The notes under the pieces are model-generated. The model was given only the letters and a program-made list of their open reading frames with translations. It was not told the DNA's origin and made no database searches. A stretch of 64,000 nucleotides of DNA, from IMG/VR virus record IMGVR_UViG_3300032018_000004, positions 16,975 to 80,974 of that record, one strand, 5' to 3'. Shown one piece after another: positions 60,117 through 64,000 of this stretch (position 1 is the first letter of the stretch; the number at the start of each line of letters is the position of its first letter). Origin of the DNA: a virus. The position numbers were made by a program, and so were the translations under genes.

Positions 60117-60887
60117 GCAGCCTTCACTTCCAGTATGAAACTAATCCAGAATCGACATGTTCAATCAATCCTGTCTCAGCCGGAATATTCAGGTCATGAT
60201 GGAGAAATTATTGTCGGAGAGCCAAATGATCTAAATGCCTTTGCCAATACAACTGGCGCAGTTCGTAGATTTGATGGAGAACCGAATTTCAAGTATTATG
60301 TATTTGACAAATGGGATATTAAATCTCCATATTCTGAAAGACTTGAACAGTTAAAAAGCCACGGAGTTATGGAAGTTATAAAGCAAGAAACCTTATATTC
60401 CCCAGAAGATGTTATCCAATATACAAATTGGTGTACAGAACAGGGGTATGAAGGAGCAATGATCCGTTCAATGGATGGGGCGTATAAAGAAGGAAGATGC
60501 ACACCCAGAGAATTGAATATCTTTAAGCGAAAACCCGTAGCCGATGATGAATGTGAAATCTTATCCTTTGAACAGCAATTCGAAAACCAAAATGATTCAT
60601 TCACAAATGAATTGGGGAATAGTACCAGATCATCCCATAAAGAGAATATGGTTGGTAAAGGAACACTTGGAGTGTTCATTGTCAAATCCAAGAAGTGGAA
60701 TGATGTATTCAAGATTGGCACAGGTGAAGGGCTGACAGAAGAATTGAGAAGTGAAATTTGGAACAACAAAGAGAAATATCTAGGGAAAATTATCACATAT
60801 AAATACCAGGAATATGGTTCAATAAATGCGCCAAGGCAACCAATCATGAAGGGATTCAGAGAAAAATCTGATCTTACTAATTATTGA
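60117..60887 (+). pseudogene. ATP-dependent DNA ligase lacking N-terminal motif I
   Basis: DGEI, YVFD, EGAMIR, KRKP, IGTG, ITYKYQ and PRQP present; no KxDG; in-frame TGA at 60114. Confidence 0.75.
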
Positions 60888-60916
60888 TTGACAAGCGATT
60901 AAATAGTTATTATAAA
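60888..60916 (+). promoter_or_regulatory. sigma70 promoter of the NAD module
   Basis: TTGACA-N17-TATAAA. Confidence 0.6.
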
Positions 60917-60947
60917 GGATAGAAGATAAATAATTTAGGAGGTTGAT

Positions 60948-61709
60948 GTGATTAAATTAAATAATAGAGAGGTATATTTCGGAGAGTTTCCAAACAAGGA
61001 AATGAATCTTCCACTAGAAGCCCTTGAAATTAAAGAAAACAATTCAATATTCATGGCATACGAAGATGATTCCGATTTCATGAAACTCGCCATGTTGAAA
61101 GGCGCTATAGATGACTTCTCAGGGGAAGCATCTCTGTATCTAACATACATGCCATATTCAAGGATGGATAGGCCAAACGGCCATTATTCGGTTAGTTTGA
61201 AAGCAGCTTGCAACCTTATTAACGCAATGAATTTTATCACGGTAGAGGTGAGAGAGCCACATTCACAAGTGACATTAGACCTACTCAACAATTCATTTCC
61301 AGATAATTGGTCTTATGCCATGATGGAGCGAGTTATTGGGGAAGGAAATTTTGAATCAATTTTCTTTCCAGACATGGGAGCGAAGACAAGATACAATTAT
61401 CTTGGAAAATTGCCAACTGCATATGGGAAGAAGGGGCGAGATTTCCTAACAGGTAAAATTACTGGACTCGCCGTTTCTGGAGAAGTGTCAGAGAATGTTC
61501 TAATTGTGGATGATTTGTGCAGCCGGGGAGGAACATTTGTAGAAGCAGCCAAAATTTTAAGAGGAAAAGGGGCAAAGAGAATTGGGTTATTGGTTGCATA
61601 TTGTGAACACAATGTTTATAATGGAGAAATATTTGATCATGTAGACATGATCTATACAAGCAGCGAAAACAATTTGAAATATCATCCACGAATCACTAAA
61701 TTAAACTAA
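60948..61709 (+). CDS. Prs-like pyrophosphokinase (putative ADPR-PP synthetase)
   Basis: FPNKE, YMPYSRMDR, EPHS, FPDMGA, IVDDLCSRGGTF. Confidence 0.88.
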   Translation: MIKLNNREVYFGEFPNKEMNLPLEALEIKENNSIFMAYEDDSDFMKLAMLKGAIDDFSGEASLYLTYMPYSRMDRPNGHYSVSLKAACNLINAMNFITVEVREPHSQVTLDLLNNSFPDNWSYAMMERVIGEGNFESIFFPDMGAKTRYNYLGKLPTAYGKKGRDFLTGKITGLAVSGEVSENVLIVDDLCSRGGTFVEAAKILRGKGAKRIGLLVAYCEHNVYNGEIFDHVDMIYTSSENNLKYHPRITKLN

Positions 61710-61718
61710 GGCATAATT

Positions 61719-62183
61719 ATGAAAACGATAAATGGGGATTTAGTCCAGTTGGCGTTGGCTGGAGAGTTTGATGTTATTATTCACGGGTGTAACTGCCTCT
61801 GCACTATGGGTTCTGGAATAGCAAAAACGATCAGAGAGTATTTCCCAAAAGCGTATGAGATAGATCAGGAAACAATTAAGGGAGATAAAAATAAATTAGG
61901 GAAATACTCCTGCATTAAGATTGAAAGAAATGACTTAAAATATTTACATATCGTAAATGCCTATACTCAATACAAGTACGCGAACCGCAATATTCAAAAT
62001 GCAGATTATGATGCAATTAGAAGCGTTATGAAGAAAATTAAAGAAGATTTTACAGGGCTGAGAATTGGGTATCCTAAAATTGGCGCTGGATTAGCTGGCG
62101 GTGATTGGAATATTATTTCTAAAATTATAGATGAAGAATTAGACGGCGAAAACCACACTTTGGTAATTTTCAACAAAATTTAA
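61719..62183 (+). CDS. macrodomain protein (ADP-ribose binding/hydrolase)
   Basis: GDL, HGCNC..MGSGIAK, NAYTQ, PKIGAGLAGGDW. Confidence 0.92.
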   Translation: MKTINGDLVQLALAGEFDVIIHGCNCLCTMGSGIAKTIREYFPKAYEIDQETIKGDKNKLGKYSCIKIERNDLKYLHIVNAYTQYKYANRNIQNADYDAIRSVMKKIKEDFTGLRIGYPKIGAGLAGGDWNIISKIIDEELDGENHTLVIFNKI

Positions 62184-62192
62184 GGAGAAAAA

Positions 62193-63650
62193 ATGACAAC
62201 CCCAGCAACCCTACTTTGTGACTTTTACAAGATTTCTCATCGTGAGCAGTACCCAGAAGGCACGGAAATTGTTTATTCAACTTGGACTCCACGGGCTAAT
62301 AAGCATCACCCCACATCTGATAAAGTAGTTGTTTTTGGTATCCAGGCGTTTGTTAAGAAGTATCTGATTAAGTATTTTGACGATAATTTCTTTTCTCGGC
62401 CACTTGAAGATGTGATTGCTGAATATGAACGCATTATTAAATTTGCGCTTGGTGTGGCAATTCCGTACACTAAGCATATTGAAGAACTTCATGAGTTAGG
62501 ATATCTGCCGTTGAAGCTACGGGCATTGCCAGAAGGGTCTACCGTCCCATTGCGTGTTCCGATGATGACGATTGAGAATACAGATTCACGTTTCTTTTGG
62601 TTGACTAATTTTGTAGAAACTCTATTGTCTGCTGAACTGTGGCAACCGTCCACTTCTGCGACAATAGCAAAAGAATATCGTGATTTGCTTGATGCGTATG
62701 CTGAAGAGACTGGCGATCCTGGTTTTGTTCAGTTCCAAGGGCATGATTTCTCCATGCGTGGAATGGGTTGTGTAGAATCTGCTGCATCTAGTGGGGCAGG
62801 ACACTTGCTATCGTTTGTCGGCACTGATACAATTCCGGCAATTTGTCACCTTGAAGAATACTACAATGCGAATGTTGAAAACGAAATTGTAGGTACAAGT
62901 ATTCCGGCGACTGAACATTCTGTGATGTGTGCTGGGAGTAAGGATGGAGAGTTTGCTACATACAAGCGCCTGATCACAGAAGTATATCCCAGTGGCTTTG
63001 TAAGTATTGTTTCTGATACTTGGGATTTGTGGTCTTGCATTGGCAATATTATCAAACCGATGAAGAATGAAATTATGGCAAGGGATGGACGTGTTGTTAT
63101 CCGTCCAGATAGTGGTGATCCAGTTAAAATTATCTGTGGCGATCCGCTATCGAGCAACCCAATGGCGAATAAAGGTTTGATTGAATGCCTCTGGGATATT
63201 TTTGGTGGGACTGTTAATGATAAAGGATTTAAAGTCATTGATTTTCATATAGGTGCAATCTATGGTGATTCTATTACACTGGACAGGTGCAAGAGGATTT
63301 GTGAAGGGTTAAAAAATAAAGGGTTCTCATCCACCAATATGGTTTATGGTATCGGGAGTTATACCTATCAGCACAATACTAGAGACTCATTTGGCTTTGC
63401 CTTGAAATCTACCATGTGTGTGATTGACGGTAAGCAAAAAAATATCTACAAAAATCCAGCTACAGATGATGGGACGAAGAAATCCAACACCGGCGTAGTG
63501 GCCGTTCAGGATTGTCAGGGCGAATTAATCTGTGTTGATGGGCTACTCATTAAACATTTTGTAGATGATCTAATGCGCGATGTATTTGTAGATGGTGAAC
63601 TTATGGTTGATGATACCCTTGCTAAAATTAGAGCGAGGTTGGCAAACTAA
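62193..63650 (+). CDS. Nampt-like phosphoribosyltransferase (putative Namat)
   Basis: DFYKISH, HDFSMRG, PATEHSV, SIVSDTWD, IRPDSGDP, IYGDSIT. Confidence 0.92.
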   Translation: MTTPATLLCDFYKISHREQYPEGTEIVYSTWTPRANKHHPTSDKVVVFGIQAFVKKYLIKYFDDNFFSRPLEDVIAEYERIIKFALGVAIPYTKHIEELHELGYLPLKLRALPEGSTVPLRVPMMTIENTDSRFFWLTNFVETLLSAELWQPSTSATIAKEYRDLLDAYAEETGDPGFVQFQGHDFSMRGMGCVESAASSGAGHLLSFVGTDTIPAICHLEEYYNANVENEIVGTSIPATEHSVMCAGSKDGEFATYKRLITEVYPSGFVSIVSDTWDLWSCIGNIIKPMKNEIMARDGRVVIRPDSGDPVKIICGDPLSSNPMANKGLIECLWDIFGGTVNDKGFKVIDFHIGAIYGDSITLDRCKRICEGLKNKGFSSTNMVYGIGSYTYQHNTRDSFGFALKSTMCVIDGKQKNIYKNPATDDGTKKSNTGVVAVQDCQGELICVDGLLIKHFVDDLMRDVFVDGELMVDDTLAKIRARLAN

Positions 63651-64000
63651 GATGAAATTTGAATTGACAGAAGGACAGTTGGAGAAGTTCAAAGAATGGG
63701 ATAGCACCCATGATTGCGATGGCGCTGCTGGCGCAATAGGAGGAAAGGTTGGCTTTAAATTCATTCCAACGGGGCTAGGAATGATATTTCAAGCGGAATG
63801 TATTTGTGGAGAAAAACTGCAATTGACAGAATCGGAGAATTGGTGATATGCTCAATCCATCAGAAGACATTAAAATAAATCGCTTCAGGCTAGATGAAGA
63901 GGCCGCAAGCATTTCAAGCCTAATCTATGAATATGACAGAAAATGGTGCGATGCCTTCTCAAGGCTCGAAAAATTGAATAGCCAGATAGAAAATTTAAAT

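Overview
This window is a 64-kb segment of a large, AT-rich tailed dsDNA phage (or prophage) genome; no host genes are recognisable. Bases 1-18.1 kb (- strand) hold an HK97-type morphogenesis operon: small and large terminase, tRNA-Thr(UGU), portal, prohead protease, major capsid and neck genes, ending in a radical SAM gene cut by the window edge. Bases 18.2-64 kb (+ strand) hold HNH genes, a C5 DNA methyltransferase, a repeat-rich putative genome-end/early region, many small genes, and the replication set (SF2 helicase, primase, DnaB-like helicase, a DnaE polymerase broken into three ORFs, a truncated ligase). This arm also carries RNA-repair genes (CCA-adding enzyme, nucleotidyltransferase, Rnl2 ligase) and metabolic or anti-defence candidates (CoaD-CoaE fusion; Prs-like + macrodomain + Nampt-like NAD module). 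The most striking signals are: (i) six near-consensus sigma28/FliA-type promoters, TAAAGTTT-N11/12-(G/T)CCGATAA, upstream of the terminase operon, the helicase operon, a structured RNA and a TnpB lacking its RuvC-III aspartate; (ii) several unannotated structured RNAs, including a tRNA-like RNA with a 42-nt anticodon loop; (iii) a phage CoA-synthase-like fusion. All protein calls come from motif recognition by eye, not database searches. Several lesions may be assembly errors or decay.
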